A stretch of 64,000 bases of DNA from Terriglobia bacterium (GTDB lineage: Bacteria; Acidobacteriota; Terriglobia; Acidiferrales; UBA7541): positions 1,280,001 through 1,344,000 of the forward strand of contig OY968796.1 in NCBI GenBank assembly GCA_963695545.1. Reading direction: 5' to 3'. Positions 29,838 to 39,089 of this stretch are shown piece after piece; within the stretch, counting starts at the first letter, position 1, and each line of letters starts with the position of its first letter. A program made the position numbers and the translations under genes. Under the pieces are notes generated by a model. That model was not told where the DNA came from. It saw only the letters and a program-made list of their open reading frames with translations, and searched no databases.

Positions 29838-30092
29838 TAATGACTCCAGTCGGAATTAAAATTGTCGCTCGCTTCACGTGGTACAAAAAAGATCCCGGTC
29901 AAGTTAATCGCTTGGGCCGAGAAACGCTCCTTCTCATAGGAAGGGGCGCGGCCATTTTGGCTCACTCCTCGGAAGCTCGCACGTTATTTTTTTGTGGCCG
30001 GCAGCATGCGCTCGGCGTGCCTTCGACTTCACGCTCGAACCCACGGCGCTAGAGTTCAGTGAACCTGGCGAATACAAGTCAGCCGGATTGAA

Positions 30093-30137
30093 TGGTAGGC
30101 CCGTGGGGACTCGAACCCCAGACCTCTACCGTGTCAA
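30093..30137 (-). repeat. att site: 45-bp duplication of the tRNA-Val 3' part
   Basis: Identical to 34240-34284 (tggtaggcccgtggggactcgaaccccagacctctaccgtgtcaa). Confidence 0.95.
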
Positions 30138-30501
30138 AGGCCAACTAACCAATACTCTAAACAACTTACGCAACGACCGAGGCCGCCTAAATACCTGGAA
30201 ATACGCCTAAGACGAGGTTTCAACGGTACGGGGAGCGGTACGAGATTCTGACGCTCTGTTCTTGACGGAATCTGCATCATTATTTCCCACGTCCTCAGGA
30301 GGAACGCTTATCGAATTGGCGAATCACCGTCGCTATGTCTATAAAAGGATCTAGCGAGTTGGCATGCCTCTCAGTCCAGTCAACAACGCCGCCCATCGGA
30401 CTCACGCCGACACTGTTAACGGAACCTGTTTGCCATGCAAAGATCTTGCGGTTTTCACTATGGCGAATGTCGCGCGCTGAATCACCCGTAGCTTCTTTTG
30501 G

Positions 30502-30745
30502 TCATTTTTCAACTATCTCGATCGTGTTAGGCATCACTCCGGGGTCAATTCGAATCGCGATGATTCGCGACGACGAGATGACATACATGATCCAGTTCGA
30601 TGAACCGCCACCCACAGGAGTAACCACCATCGTCGTCCGGCCGTTTGAAGCCACAGCATAGGCCCCACTGAATTGCGCGCCGAAAACGATGCCATTATCT
30701 TCCTGTCCTTCCAAGCTGCCGGCGCCATTTGCCGCCCATACTTCT
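30502..30745 (-). pseudogene. Probable C-terminal fragment of a secreted beta-rich repeat protein
   Basis: GAYAVASNGRTT...YVISSSRI resembles the tail of large surface proteins; no signal peptide, and the ORF N-terminus looks unrelated. Confidence 0.4.
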
Positions 30746-30824
30746 GGACATTCTGGGGAATCGTGATTCGGCGCGGCGTGGAGGGAGACGGAGGCGCGGG
30801 GCGAGATGCGTTGTTCGCAGCTCA

Positions 30825-30891
30825 TGTTTTAGTATAGCATTGCGCTTACCAGACTGTTAATACGTAAGCGTATTTGCTGTATTCGAATACA
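30825..30891 (-). promoter_or_regulatory. Promoter cassette copy B: TGTATTCGAATACA palindrome, extended -10 and leaderless ATG
   Basis: 14-bp perfect palindrome at 30878-30891; TTAACA-18nt-TATACT with TG extension; ATG 5 nt downstream. Confidence 0.6.
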
Positions 30892-31121
30892 TTGTGATGT
30901 AGGATTCGACGGTGCGGGGATTTGCGATGTCTTGCGCGATCGCACGCGAGGGAGAAGGGGCAGGAAACAGGGAACCACCCTTCTTCGCAAAAGATGGGCC
31001 ACCCCGGACTGCACGGGGCCCGGCCCGAGAGACGCGGTTCGTCACGTCGCTGTGAATTTCAGAAGTGTTTTCGGCGCCGGCGGAAATCAAAAGCGTCTCA
31101 ATGGGTGACCTATCCGCCTTT

Positions 31122-32870
31122 TCATGTGCCTACTGTTGCGATAAGCGCCAAGGCACCGGTGGCAGTATCAATACCGTAAATCGAGATGTCGTTCGAGACG
31201 GAATTTGTTACATAGGCGAACTTTCCGGATGGATGGACGGTTATCGAGCTAGGATTCTGCCCGGCGGCTATCGTTCCTTTGAGGGTCAGGGCCCCGGTGG
31301 TAACGTTGATGGCGTACATCGAGACGTCGCTCGATTTGAAATTCGTCACATAAGCGAACTTGCCCGTAGGATCCACAACGACCGCGTTAGGGCCTGATCC
31401 TGCAGGAACTGTTCCTATGGACGTTAAGGCCCCAGTCGCGGCGTTGATCGTGTACATCGAGACGTCGTTTGAGCTGGAATTCGCCACGTAGGCGAACTTG
31501 CCCGTAGGATCCACAACCACCGAGTTAGGGTCTGTTCCTGCCAGAACTGTTCCTATGGACGTTAGGGCCCCAGTATTGGCTTCGATCGTATACGCAGATA
31601 CATTCCCAACCGATCCGGGCGGATCGCTTTTGCTCGCCACATAAGCAAACCCACCCTTAGGATCCACGGTCACTGAAATGGCGCGGCCTCCTGCGGCGAT
31701 CGACCCAATGATGTCAAGGCCCCCGGTCGTGGAGTTGATGATGTACATCGAGATGCTGGTCGGAGCGAAACCGCCTTCATTCGCCACATAAGCAAACTTG
31801 CCCGATGGATCCACGGCTATGGAGAGAGGAGCTAATAATCCTGCACCTCCTGTGAATCCTATCGACGTCGATCCTGTGGACGTTAAGGCCCCAGTCGCGG
31901 CGTTGATCGTGTACATCGAGACGTCGCCACCAATTTCAAACAGCGCGGTATCCGCCACGTAGGCGAACTTGCCAAGAGGATCTACGGCCACGGAGCTGGC
32001 ACCTTCATATAAAGAGGGCACCGGTGGCCCGATGGACACCAGGGCCCCGGTGGCAGCGTCGATCGTGTACACGGACACGTAGCCAGCAGCACCGCCATCG
32101 CAGCCTGAATTCGCCACATAGGCGAATTTTCCGGCGGGGTCCACAGCGATTGACTGCGGATCAACAGCTTCTGGCATTGTGTTGAAGGTCAGTGAGTTCG
32201 AGCTACCGCCGCCGGGTGCCGGATTGAGGACAGTGACTGCGGCTGTCCCGGCTGCGGCGATATCACTCGCCGAAATCTGAGCAGTGAGGGCTGTACCATC
32301 AACAAATGTCGTCGGCCGGTCGGCACCGTTCCAGCGCACGACTGAATTCGTCTCAAAATTTAGGCCACCCACCTCCATCTGATTGTCTGCTGAATCAACG
32401 AGCTGTTCTCCTGCGGGAGCGCAGCTCGGATAGAGAAGATTGACCGTGGGTATGGGGCTCGTGCTGGTGATGGAGAAGCTCATACCAACCGAGGTGCCGC
32501 CGCCGGGCGAGGGGTTGGTCACTGTCACGGCCGGCGTGCCGACTGAGGCGACGCTGGCGGCAGGGATGGTCGCAGTCAACAGCGCGGAGTCGCCGAACGT
32601 AGTGGCGATCGCCGATCCGCCGAAGTTGACTATCGAACCTGCTACGAAATCAGTCCCATTGATCGTAAGAGTGAACGCCCCTCCACCGACGACGGTGGTG
32701 TTCGGCGAGATTGTGGTGATCGTTGGAGTCGGATTAAGGGCCTGAGGGGCGGGATTAGCGAACTGATTGTTCACTGACTGGGACGAGCCGCCCCCACATC
32801 CTGCGAGGAACACGAGACTCGCAATTCCAGAGATCACAAGTCCTGTTTTTGCCAAAAATCCGCACATCAT
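31122..32870 (-). CDS. Lipoprotein with two IPT/TIG-like domains and a lactonase-family beta-propeller
   Basis: Lipobox FLAGC; two VTV(T/L)NP(S/A)PGGG Ig-like units; seven (A/V/T)V(D/H)P(x)G(K/G)FAYV blade repeats. Confidence 0.88.
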   Translation of the reverse strand: MMCGFLAKTGLVISGIASLVFLAGCGGGSSQSVNNQFANPAPQALNPTPTITTISPNTTVVGGGAFTLTINGTDFVAGSIVNFGGSAIATTFGDSALLTATIPAASVASVGTPAVTVTNPSPGGGTSVGMSFSITSTSPIPTVNLLYPSCAPAGEQLVDSADNQMEVGGLNFETNSVVRWNGADRPTTFVDGTALTAQISASDIAAAGTAAVTVLNPAPGGGSSNSLTFNTMPEAVDPQSIAVDPAGKFAYVANSGCDGGAAGYVSVYTIDAATGALVSIGPPVPSLYEGASSVAVDPLGKFAYVADTALFEIGGDVSMYTINAATGALTSTGSTSIGFTGGAGLLAPLSIAVDPSGKFAYVANEGGFAPTSISMYIINSTTGGLDIIGSIAAGGRAISVTVDPKGGFAYVASKSDPPGSVGNVSAYTIEANTGALTSIGTVLAGTDPNSVVVDPTGKFAYVANSSSNDVSMYTINAATGALTSIGTVPAGSGPNAVVVDPTGKFAYVTNFKSSDVSMYAINVTTGALTLKGTIAAGQNPSSITVHPSGKFAYVTNSVSNDISIYGIDTATGALALIATVGT

Positions 32871-32945
32871 CACACCCCCGCGTTTCTGAGTGTCTATGCT
32901 GATCATTACTCCGTAGCACTCTTTCATTCCTAACAACATGCCGGT

Positions 32946-33071
32946 TTATCCCGGCGCAACAATGTTGGGCAGTGGGGTAATGGTTCCATTGCTCCCGCAC
33001 CCCGAAAGCTGAAAAAGGCTCGCGATTGCCAAAATCAGCGTCCCAAACGTGGAACCCGTCCTGCGGCACAT
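32946..33071 (-). CDS. 41-aa small lipoprotein (not in ORF track)
   Basis: AGGAGG SD; MCRRTGSTFGTLILAIASLFQLSG/CGSNGTITPLPNIVAPG with lipobox LSGC. Confidence 0.6.
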   Translation of the reverse strand: MCRRTGSTFGTLILAIASLFQLSGCGSNGTITPLPNIVAPG

Positions 33072-33181
33072 AAACCCTCCTATTTTCATTCCTTCATCGC
33101 GCGCGACGACCGCCCATCGGCAGTTGTAGACGGCAAGTCCCTTGCCAGCAATAACCTTTTAGGATATTTTCGGGGCAATAT

Positions 33182-34147
33182 ATGGAAGCGTCCTTTTCCT
33201 GGCGAAAGACTCGACCTAACGACCTCCCGGAATGCCTGAAGTTGCATCCCGCCAAGAACGGCGCCGAGATCGTCGGACACACCCGCGCTCTCAAGGCATG
33301 GCTGCAAATCCTGCAAATGGCCCACGCGACGAGGACCGCCGTTGCCGAAATGCACGCCAACGGCCGCACCGAGATCGTAGGCTTCGGGTTCGGGTCGTTT
33401 GTTAAAAAGAGCTTTGCCGAGGCAGAAATCCACAATCCACGCCCCGGTTTAAATGCCAGGATCGTCGAAAGCGTTGCAACCGGCAATTCCGTGATTGCAA
33501 CGCACACCGAGGTTCGCGATGCGAACACACGGGGCGACCTGCAGCACGCGGTGATGCAAAACAGTTGGAAGGCGTCTCTCATACCATCCCAGGTGGCTGA
33601 GGTGATTGCTCTCTTGGGCGCTGCCTTCGCGGATCTCGTCGCAGGCTACCGCTTTTCGAGGATCTTTATGGAGTTCGTGGATGAAATTGACGCATCACTG
33701 CGCGAGCGCGTCCTCGACGAATTTCGCGTGGTGGATCGATTCGAAGATTTTCGACGTCAAAACCCGAAGACCAAGTGGAACTCCGGGCGAATGCTCCTCG
33801 AAGTAACCCAGGAGAGTATTCACGCCTACCCTACCTCAATCGGGGCCATGCTCTTCATGCATCGCACTCCGCAATTTGGCTTCACGCAGGGAGAACAAGA
33901 ACTGCTGGAGCTGGCCTTGGAAGGTGCGGATGATACGGCGATGGCCAAGTCTCTATTTGTGGGCGTACCGGCGATCAAGCGCCGCTGGGCGACGATTTTT
34001 GAGCGCGTTGGCAGAATCCGGCCGGATCTTTGCCCTTTGGACGCAGAAGGCACAAGGGGAGTACAAAAACGCCAGCGTGTACTTACGTACGTCCGGAGCC
34101 ATCCCGAGGAGCTTCGGCCATTCGATGCTAAACAACTTAAAGTATAG
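33182..34147 (+). CDS. Uncharacterised regulator with C-terminal LuxR-like HTH
   Basis: FTQGEQELLELALEGADDTAMAKSLFVGVPAIKRRWATIFER fits the LuxR HTH pattern; divergent from the lipoprotein genes. Confidence 0.7.
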   Translation: MEASFSWRKTRPNDLPECLKLHPAKNGAEIVGHTRALKAWLQILQMAHATRTAVAEMHANGRTEIVGFGFGSFVKKSFAEAEIHNPRPGLNARIVESVATGNSVIATHTEVRDANTRGDLQHAVMQNSWKASLIPSQVAEVIALLGAAFADLVAGYRFSRIFMEFVDEIDASLRERVLDEFRVVDRFEDFRRQNPKTKWNSGRMLLEVTQESIHAYPTSIGAMLFMHRTPQFGFTQGEQELLELALEGADDTAMAKSLFVGVPAIKRRWATIFERVGRIRPDLCPLDAEGTRGVQKRQRVLTYVRSHPEELRPFDAKQLKV

Positions 34148-34239
34148 AAATCGGGCAGCCTTGACGAGATATGTTCCAAACCGGGGAACCGGGGACAGAC
34201 CGGACGTTTTCTGATCTTGCACGCCGAGTCTCACAAGTG

Positions 34240-34316
34240 TGGTAGGCCCGTGGGGACTCGAACCCCAGACCTCTACCGTGTCAAGGTAGCGCTCTAACCA
34301 ACTGAGCTACGGGCCT
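34240..34316 (-). tRNA. tRNA-Val(GAC)
   Basis: Minus strand: aggcccgtagctcagttggttagagcg-ctacc-ttGACac-ggtag-...ggttcgagtccc...cctacca. Confidence 0.97.
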
Positions 34317-34485
34317 AGCGTTGCAGAATAAATTCGTTCGTACGCTTCGATAGTATAGCAGCCCTGGGTCGGCGCACAATTTGGCGCGCAGCGTGTAGAA
34401 ACCTGAAGTCGTAATGGCCACGATGCTTGGCACCGCACTTCCGCGCGGATAATCATGGTTTACAGGGGAAACACCGAAACCTTCG

Positions 34486-36237
34486 CTAGCGAACGTAGGC
34501 TTTTATCGTGGCGCATTCGGTGCCCTGCGCCTCGCCGTGCGGACGAATTGTGAAATGGCCGACGGCGGCGGGAACGATCATTGTTTCGGCATAATGAAGT
34601 ATGAAGGGTTCGAACGCTGCGCCAGGGCTTTCAACGATCACTTCCTCGCCCTGCACCAGATTGAGGACGTTAACGCCGCCGGCTGTGTCGTGGGGCACTT
34701 TTTCGCGGAACCAGTGGCGACGGGTTTCGATGAATTCCAATTCATGCAAGCCGGTGCGTTCTTCGCGCCAGCCGGGGCCGCTGGCGAGAGGCTCGACGCG
34801 ATGAATCAGATTCTCGCGGACCCAGTCAGTTGTTCGGCTCCAATCGATGTTCGCGATTCCGTGATCCAGATGAATCGGCCGTGGCTTGCCATCGAGCCCC
34901 GGGCGGCCCCAGTCCCACAGCTTAAATGTGAAAATGTAGGGAGTGGCGCTGATCTCCAGCACCATGCTATTTCGACCGGAGCAGTGAATCGTTCCGGCGG
35001 GAATCAAGAAGTGATCGTGCTTCTTGGCGGGCCAACGGTTGACATATTTGTCCGCCGGGAAAGCAAAGTCGCCGGCTTGGGCGGAACGAAGATCGTGCAC
35101 CATTTCGTAGCGCGAGATCCCCTGTTTTAATCCAAGGAAGACCGCTCCGTCATCTGCAGCGTCAAGGAGGTAATAGCTTTCATCCTGGGTGTAGGAAATA
35201 CCGAAGTGTTCCCTAATGTATCGCGTCGTGGGATGCACCTGAAGGGAAAGATTTCCGCCACCCATGGTGTCAAGGAAATCGAAGCGTATGGGAAATTCGG
35301 CGCCGAAGCGAGCGTAGACGGAGTCGCCTAGAAGTTCGCGCGGATGCCGGAACACCAGATCGATCGCAGGAATCGCGACGCGGTGGGAACCGAAACCAAG
35401 CAGCAGACTATTTTCTTCCGGGACGCAATCGAAACACCAGGCGTAGTTGGGCACGTTGCGGGGCAAATCGCAAACCTCTTCCATCCAGTGGCCACCCCAA
35501 GGACCGGGGTCGAAATAGGGCACGACTCGAAAGGGGCGTCGGGCCGCGAGCGCGAGAGCCGAACGAAACGCCTCGCCGGAAATCATCCGGGGCGTTTGGC
35601 GTTCACTCGTGTCCAACAGGAAATCGAGCTTGTCGAGCAATCCTTTTTTCCAGCGATCCGCGACACGCCAATCGACGAAGAATCCTCTTTTGTATTTCGC
35701 GGCCGGGGATTCGGAGATGTTCGCGACGCCCCAATTCCCGATTTCGCCGCGACGCTGCCGAAGCTCGATCTCCCAGCGACCTAAGTCCGCATAAATCAGC
35801 AGATCGTGCTGTGGCGCGACGAATGCAGCTCCTGTGCCAAGAATAAGTACCGTGCCGGGCGCGTGTTCGATGGCGGTCCGGGCGCTCGAAAGTTTGGAGG
35901 CATCGAAGAAATCAGGAAGATTGAGAGAGGTCAAGCGCCCAAAGACGGGATCGTCGTGGTCTAGAAATGGCTGGGTCAAGCGCTCGATTTCAGAAGATGC
36001 CTTGAGTGAGTTTTCAGCGCGAATAATAATCGCCGGACGGAGAGCCGCCTTGAGCGCGCACTCGATGTCCTCTAGAAAAACTCCTGGATAACACTCGACG
36101 CAAACCACGCGACGCGACGCGCCAATGACCGCTTGCAAACGCGCGGCGATCTCGGTCCATCCGGCCGCGCATTCCCGTTCATCCGCCGATGCCTGCACGA
36201 ACGGACGCTTATCGTAATTTGACCGGCGCGACGTCAA
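34486..36237 (-). CDS. Class I mannose-6-phosphate isomerase-like protein, long form
   Basis: PGPWGG, NLSLQVHP, QDESYY and IPAGTIH cupin motifs; TTG start overlaps the ROK stop. Confidence 0.85.
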   Translation of the reverse strand: MTSRRSNYDKRPFVQASADERECAAGWTEIAARLQAVIGASRRVVCVECYPGVFLEDIECALKAALRPAIIIRAENSLKASSEIERLTQPFLDHDDPVFGRLTSLNLPDFFDASKLSSARTAIEHAPGTVLILGTGAAFVAPQHDLLIYADLGRWEIELRQRRGEIGNWGVANISESPAAKYKRGFFVDWRVADRWKKGLLDKLDFLLDTSERQTPRMISGEAFRSALALAARRPFRVVPYFDPGPWGGHWMEEVCDLPRNVPNYAWCFDCVPEENSLLLGFGSHRVAIPAIDLVFRHPRELLGDSVYARFGAEFPIRFDFLDTMGGGNLSLQVHPTTRYIREHFGISYTQDESYYLLDAADDGAVFLGLKQGISRYEMVHDLRSAQAGDFAFPADKYVNRWPAKKHDHFLIPAGTIHCSGRNSMVLEISATPYIFTFKLWDWGRPGLDGKPRPIHLDHGIANIDWSRTTDWVRENLIHRVEPLASGPGWREERTGLHELEFIETRRHWFREKVPHDTAGGVNVLNLVQGEEVIVESPGAAFEPFILHYAETMIVPAAVGHFTIRPHGEAQGTECATIKAYVR

Positions 36238-37187
36238 CGCGGTTCCGACAGCAGAGGTATCGCTCCGAGAAGTCCCGCGCTTGTTCCGAGCTTCGCCGGC
36301 CGGACCTCCACTTTGCCCCAAGGCGTCCATGCGTGGCGCGAGACGTGCTGCTGCACGAAGGGCACGACAATCTCGGCGCTATTCATGACCCCGCCGCCGA
36401 TGATCAGTATTTCGGGGTCGAACGAATGAATCAAGCCGACGGCGTCAGCCGCCCAAACCTGAAGACACCGTGTTTGCACTTCCTGGGCAACGCGGTCGCC
36501 CGCGGCTGCTGCGCTGAAAAGCACTTCGAAATCCATATGTCCGTTCTTGGAGAGCGCACTCTGATTGAATCCGGGCCATTCTCTAATAATTTCAGGGAGC
36601 GACCAGCCGGCCGCTTCGGCTTCAGCGCAACCGAGATTTCCGCAGGTGCAGGGCCGGCCCTGAATCTGCACGGGAATGTGTCCGCCCAAACAGCCGGCCT
36701 GCGAATGCTTGCCGCGCAGCAAGCGTCCAGAGATCATGGCGGCGCCGCCAATGCCGGTTCCTAACGTCATTGTTACGATGTCGGAGAATCCTTGGGCAGC
36801 GCCAGCATACCACTCGCCAAGCAGCGCCATTCGAGCGTCGTTCTCGATGCGAAGCGGCAAACCGAAAGCTTGATCGCTCCAGGCTAAAATGTCGATCGAG
36901 GGCGCGTCGTCGTACTTCAGATTCGTCGAAAGCAACCGGCCGGACCTGAAGTCCACCAAACCGCAAAACCCGAAAGCGAGTCCAACGCAATCGCGCGTGG
37001 AAATCCCCGTAGTCCGCAGCAGAGTTTTCAACGTGCTCTCCAGGCGGGGAAGAAGTATGCGGAGGCCCTGTTCTGGGTCAGCGTGCAGAGTTTCTTGTGC
37101 GATGATCGTCTTGTCTTCCACGATCGCGCAGTTCGCGTGCGTTCCTCCCAGATCGATTGCCAGCGCCCTTTTTTCGGAGAAGATCAT
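36234..37187 (-). CDS. ROK family sugar kinase
   Basis: IDLGGT, ENDAR, TLGTGIGG and CTCGNLGCAE motifs; no HTH. Confidence 0.9.
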   Translation of the reverse strand: MIFSEKRALAIDLGGTHANCAIVEDKTIIAQETLHADPEQGLRILLPRLESTLKTLLRTTGISTRDCVGLAFGFCGLVDFRSGRLLSTNLKYDDAPSIDILAWSDQAFGLPLRIENDARMALLGEWYAGAAQGFSDIVTMTLGTGIGGAAMISGRLLRGKHSQAGCLGGHIPVQIQGRPCTCGNLGCAEAEAAGWSLPEIIREWPGFNQSALSKNGHMDFEVLFSAAAAGDRVAQEVQTRCLQVWAADAVGLIHSFDPEILIIGGGVMNSAEIVVPFVQQHVSRHAWTPWGKVEVRPAKLGTSAGLLGAIPLLSEPR

Positions 37188-38947
37188 GGCCGGGCCGACT
37201 TTCGAGCCGAACCGCTTCTCCGGCCACAATCGAGGCCGATACACTTTGCGGCATGCGGCAGCGCTTCCGAGGTCACAGGAGCCTCGGTCGAATTCACGTC
37301 CTGCCCGGTGTGACTGCGCCAGCCGCCGAGACTGCGGTCCGCCAGCCCCGGCACGTTGAAGAGCGCAGAATTGTTCGGGGCGTACCAATCGTTGTGGTTG
37401 GAGAGCAGCGTAGTTGTGAACGGGCTAATCGTACTCAAGGAGGTCCCAATCAGACTCGAGCCGGAGGCAGTGTCAGGTCCCGCGGCAATATTGACGCCAT
37501 CGAGCACCCAGTTTTGGGTCACAAGATGGTACTCAAGGCCCGGCGTCTGCCAGTTGGAAGTTTCGCGGGCGGTCGGGCTGCCACCGACGAAGAGCGCGTC
37601 GCCGCCGTTGTCAAAGACGGTGCTTTGACGAACCGTGATGCCGGTGGAATTGGCGGCTTGCAACCCGTGGCCCATATTCTTGTAGAAGACGCTCCGATAA
37701 ACAAACGCGGGGCCCTGGGTGGCCTCGAAAAATAGTCCATTCGTCGCGTTTTCGTTGAATGAGTCGCCGGTCATGCAGAGCTTTGCATTGTCGGTGTCAA
37801 ACCAAAGACCACCGGCAAGGTTGTGGCCGAAAGAAGAGTTGTCCACTTCCATCAAATGCGCCTTGACGACTTTCATCCCGTCGGCATCCCAGCCTTCGAG
37901 GCCGCCCTGAGCGCCTCTCCAGTTGTTGTAGGTCACAGCGTTGCCGGTGAAAAGTAAATTCAGCGGGCGATAAATCTCTACGCCGTTTTCACCGTTCCAA
38001 CTGAACGTAGAGTTCCGAACTGTGGCGTTGAAATTCGCGGAGAGATCAAGTCCCTGCCAGTTGTTAAAACGAGCCGTCACAGCATCCAGCAGGATGTTGG
38101 CGCCCCGACTGTTCGCGTCGTCGCCGGAAATGTGGATCGCGGCGAAGCCGGAAATGTTGGCGCCGTTGTTGTCATGCTGAAAAACCAGACCCTTTAACTC
38201 CAGGTTTTGCGCGCCAGCCGGAGAGGTCGTAAACAGGTTGCTGCGCACTGCGATTTCCACGTCGGCAGCGGACATGTCGGTGCCGGGAGGCGGGAAGACC
38301 GAAATCACGCGAGATTTCCCGGTGAGTGTTGGGCAAAGGTCTCCGGGATTTGGATCGCTCTGCGCGTCAACAACAAAGAAAGTTCCAGCCTGTGTCAGCG
38401 GGCCTTGCAGAACCTGCACGAGTTGGATGCCATTTATGAACACCATCTCGCGGCGCAGCCCCAGACATTTCAGCGCAGGCCCGCCCGCGGGCGTAAACGG
38501 CTGCGCCGCGTATCCCCAGGAGTATGGCCACGGCAGGGAATATGTGCGGTCGCCGTTGGGCACCCAGCCCGACCACTGATCCGCGCCATCGACGATCGCG
38601 GTTCCGGTTTGGGCGGCTTCAATCACAATCGTGCTCGAGCTGCCCTCCCCAAATTGGCTGGGCAAGGAAAGCGCCTCGCGATATGTGCCCGGGTTCACAA
38701 TAATCTCGACGACGTCGTGGCCGATAGCTTGGCTAAGTGCTTGCGTGATGGTCATGCACGGACGCGCGCGATCGCCACAACGGATCGAATCCGAGCCATT
38801 GGCTCGATCCGCGTAAATTGCCGTCGCCCCGGCATGGTTGATCCTGGCTCCCGTTGAAGGGGTGGCGCACTGCTGTCCGAAAATCCCACCTTGCATTAGA
38901 ACACCGCCCACCAGGACACGAACTGCAACCCAGATACATCGTCGCAT
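37184..38947 (-). CDS. Secreted right-handed parallel beta-helix protein (pectin-lyase-like fold)
   Basis: Signal peptide; NPGTYRE, repeated N-x-x-x-G parallel beta-helix turns, GLWFD. Confidence 0.8.
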   Translation of the reverse strand: MRRCIWVAVRVLVGGVLMQGGIFGQQCATPSTGARINHAGATAIYADRANGSDSIRCGDRARPCMTITQALSQAIGHDVVEIIVNPGTYREALSLPSQFGEGSSSTIVIEAAQTGTAIVDGADQWSGWVPNGDRTYSLPWPYSWGYAAQPFTPAGGPALKCLGLRREMVFINGIQLVQVLQGPLTQAGTFFVVDAQSDPNPGDLCPTLTGKSRVISVFPPPGTDMSAADVEIAVRSNLFTTSPAGAQNLELKGLVFQHDNNGANISGFAAIHISGDDANSRGANILLDAVTARFNNWQGLDLSANFNATVRNSTFSWNGENGVEIYRPLNLLFTGNAVTYNNWRGAQGGLEGWDADGMKVVKAHLMEVDNSSFGHNLAGGLWFDTDNAKLCMTGDSFNENATNGLFFEATQGPAFVYRSVFYKNMGHGLQAANSTGITVRQSTVFDNGGDALFVGGSPTARETSNWQTPGLEYHLVTQNWVLDGVNIAAGPDTASGSSLIGTSLSTISPFTTTLLSNHNDWYAPNNSALFNVPGLADRSLGGWRSHTGQDVNSTEAPVTSEALPHAAKCIGLDCGRRSGSARKSARP

Positions 38948-39089
38948 GCCAGCTCTTTCCTCGTTTCGCTGCTCGATCGACTTGAGAGCGCCGGAGTCCG
39001 GCGATCGCCATTCGGGGGGCAGATCGCCGGCTCCGGCCCGGGCGCGCTCTGTCGCGCCGCGTCCGGATGGCTCCGTTCGGCCGTCGGAC

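Larger units (their letters stand above)
30093..34284. mobile_element. tRNA-Val-integrated genomic islet without integrase
   Basis: Flanked by a 45-bp direct repeat of the tRNA 3' end; visibly lower GC than the housekeeping flanks. Confidence 0.8.

Noticed and set aside
29870..29885. parS-like sequence cgcttcacgtggtaca
   Set aside because: Three mismatches to the TGTTNCACGTGAAACA-type consensus break the symmetry; single copy
30093..30137. Second tRNA-Val gene
   Set aside because: Only the 3' 45 nt are present; the D-arm and 5' acceptor strand are missing, so it is an att remnant
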